The notes beneath the pieces are model-generated. The model was not told the DNA's origin and ran no database searches. It saw only the letters and a list, made by a program, of their open reading frames with translations. From Eledone cirrhosa (lineage: Eukaryota), in assembly GCA_964016885.1 (NCBI GenBank), contig OZ024749.1:48050001-48114000 (forward strand): DNA of 64,000 nt, given 5' to 3'. Each line of letters begins with the position of its first letter. Positions within the stretch are counted from its first letter, which is position 1. A program made the position numbers and the translations under genes. This document shows, one piece after another, positions 61,124 to 64,000 of the stretch.

Positions 61124-63081
61124 ATATATACATATATACATATATATATACACATATGTATATATGTGTGTGTGAGTGTGTGTCTGTGTGTATTATATGT
61201 ATGTGTACGATATTGACATCTGTAGCTGTTTTATTTTATGTGGAGAGATATGTGAGAACAAAACTAAATTAACAAAAGCAATTATGTATAAATTATCTCA
61301 AAATAAACCTTGCCTTGTGGTGATTAATGTTGTATTGGAAATATTGATTAGAAATAAACCAAAAGCAATTTACACACACTTGGACTGGATTAAACTATTT
61401 TATTACACGTCTAACTTTCCTCAATTTTGCTATATTTACTATTAAAGTTTCGATCAATATCCGCGAATGGGGCGGAGAGACAAGATTGAGAAAGAGTGAG
61501 AGAATTACATGTGTGCGTAACTGAGTGAATTATGTATCGTTTGTACCCACATCCCTTGCGCAATGTGTATTTCTTTTTGTGATAATTATGCATACATTGA
61601 ACGAATTCCTCTTGTCTTTATCTCAGAATATGTCGAATATGTTTTCCTTGTTGCGAAATAATATTAACACAGTCAAGACGTCTTGATTTCAATAAAAGAA
61701 AAATCAAAAGAATAGTTTTAAGATTCAACTTTCCTAAATTACATTCGCATGGCAGGCAATATATGTATATTTGTACTTTCATAATCATATTTATTAACGA
61801 ACATGTGAAATACGTTTTTCAATAAGAAATACAAATTAACCGTTGACATTTCGCGATAACTGCAATGGCTGCTATTTATGAAATACGTTTTGAAGAATGA
61901 CGAGCAAATTTAATCTAACACCAACTCCCCACAAAATGTAATTTAAGATTTAGGTAATTTAACTACGCCCGTATATGTAGGCTTATAAACCTCAATATAA
62001 AGAATTTATGTTTATTTAGAAATTTCATTATAGTTCTAAATTGATTGCGTTTTAATGGTAAAGCAACATTCTTGATTTATAGAAATATTACTTTGAAGAA
62101 CTTGCTATCAGAGGCATTAACTGAAACCAACTCTATTTTATGTGTTCATACCAACAGTATTGTGTTTCTAAATGCATATACCTTTATATAAATGCACAGA
62201 TATCAAAACTGTAAACTCAATAGATTTTCCTCAATGGATGAAGGCATATATATTTACAGAATAACGAGAATTTTTGTTCCTATATCCTGATATCTAAGAT
62301 TGATATACTCGTTCGCTCTCCGTTTCTGCAGATACAATATTATCGTTTGAGCTTATGCGCCAGACAATTCGTGAATATGAAATCTCTGATAGCGTTGGAT
62401 AATATTGAATCTTATCACAATGATTATCAATGCAGCTACAGTCAAGAATTTAAGGAGCGTTGTGAATGCGTGTATAAACATTCTTTCGACTAGTCAAATG
62501 GATCACATTTTGTTTTATCATGATTATATTTGTCTGCATTACTATGCAAATTATTTTTTTGAGAGCTCGTAAATATTTTTCCTACATACATTATTATGTA
62601 AATATGTAGAAGTTAAATTCGATTGCGCTGCAAATCAACTGAATCATAGTTATTATCTAATTATGATTGTATATTATATACGTTCCTGATTATGTATCCG
62701 TTTGTGTTGAAGCTTAATGTTCAACTTATCAGAAGAGGAAATTACAGATCAAATAATTATGTCTAACATATATTATGTATTCTTGATTTGAAACTTTGAA
62801 ATTTAATAAACGACCACTTGTAATTAATAAAAGCAAAGATTCGTATAATTATTTGTCAAGGAAAAACTAATCAGAATAAATACATATTATGATGAAACAC
62901 GAGAGTATCTAAGAGGAATGGCAAATAAGAATATAAATTGCAATGAAACCATAATACTAATATTTCTTATAAGAAACGTTTCTCGGAAAGAATTGGCGAT
63001 GAAGTATATATAAAACGGAAAATATAGATCCCCCCCCCCAAAAAAAACACGATGATGAAAGAGCAGATATTAATAAATATG

Positions 63082-63130
<49 letters not shown>

Positions 63131-63260
63131 TAGTAATAATAATAGCGGTAAAAGTATTTAACGTATGAATATCATATAGATATATAACGTGTAAATATTA
63201 TGCACTACATCTAAACTACTGACTTGATTCCAGAAACAAATAAAAACTCTGTGTTTATAT

Positions 63261-63362
<102 letters not shown>

Positions 63363-63515
63363 TTGTGTGTATGTTTGTGTTCGTGGTTGTGTGACTGTGG
63401 GTATTGGTGTACATGTGTTTGAAGATTTTATGGCTTAGCATCCCAAATCATTGACTGATGATAAAAGAAAATATAAGAAAATATAAGAAACGTATATATG
63501 CATATATATATATAA

Positions 63516-63598
<83 letters not shown>

Positions 63599-64000
63599 CA
63601 TGAGGTAAATGGATTATCATAAAAACCGTGATGAATGATTGCTTTGGGATTTGCGTGGAACCATGAGGATTATGATGAATATATATATTGAATGATGATC
63701 ATAATAATAAGGACAACAATAACCAAAGTTTCTATAGAAGCTATAGGATAAAATGTGGTTTTACCTTCAAGCTCAGAATTTTCTCTACGGGATTGGGTAC
63801 TGAGGACTGAAAGAAAGAAAAAAACATCGGCCATCTTGAAGCTATTCTTTTACATAGCATCAAGCACGGGCAACTGACATCCACTTCCGGTTTGCCGCAG
63901 TTATTTGTCTTGACATATTTGCCAATTCTCTTCCATTTTTCTTTGCAATAAACCACACTCTTCGTGTCATTTCAGATTGTTTTCAATCTTCTCTATAGAA

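Overview
This is AT-rich, microsatellite-saturated animal genomic DNA; the SINE types and repeat landscape suggest an octopod cephalopod (inference). The window holds the last three coding exons of a minus-strand neuroligin-family gene (26334-25548, 8614-8499, 2302-1326). I recognised no further exon, so the rest appears to be 3'UTR (1-1325) or intron. Most ORF-track entries are translations of (TA)n/(CA)n repeats. The introns contain: (1) a full-length U6atac snRNA-like copy about 115 nt from the last splice acceptor; (2) Penelope-like element (PLE) RT and GIY-YIG remnants; (3) eight sequence-distinct element families carrying type I hammerhead ribozyme (HHR) folds, intact or degenerate, two with unusual cores (U3:A8 and A4); (4) about nine fold-back/inverted-repeat insertions of 0.1-3 kb, almost all in (TA)n tracts and sharing a 'short arm + long arm with tail' architecture; (5) tRNA-derived SINEs and RTE-type LINE remnants. 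All calls were read by eye; no search or folding program was run. Family letters A-I are my own labels.
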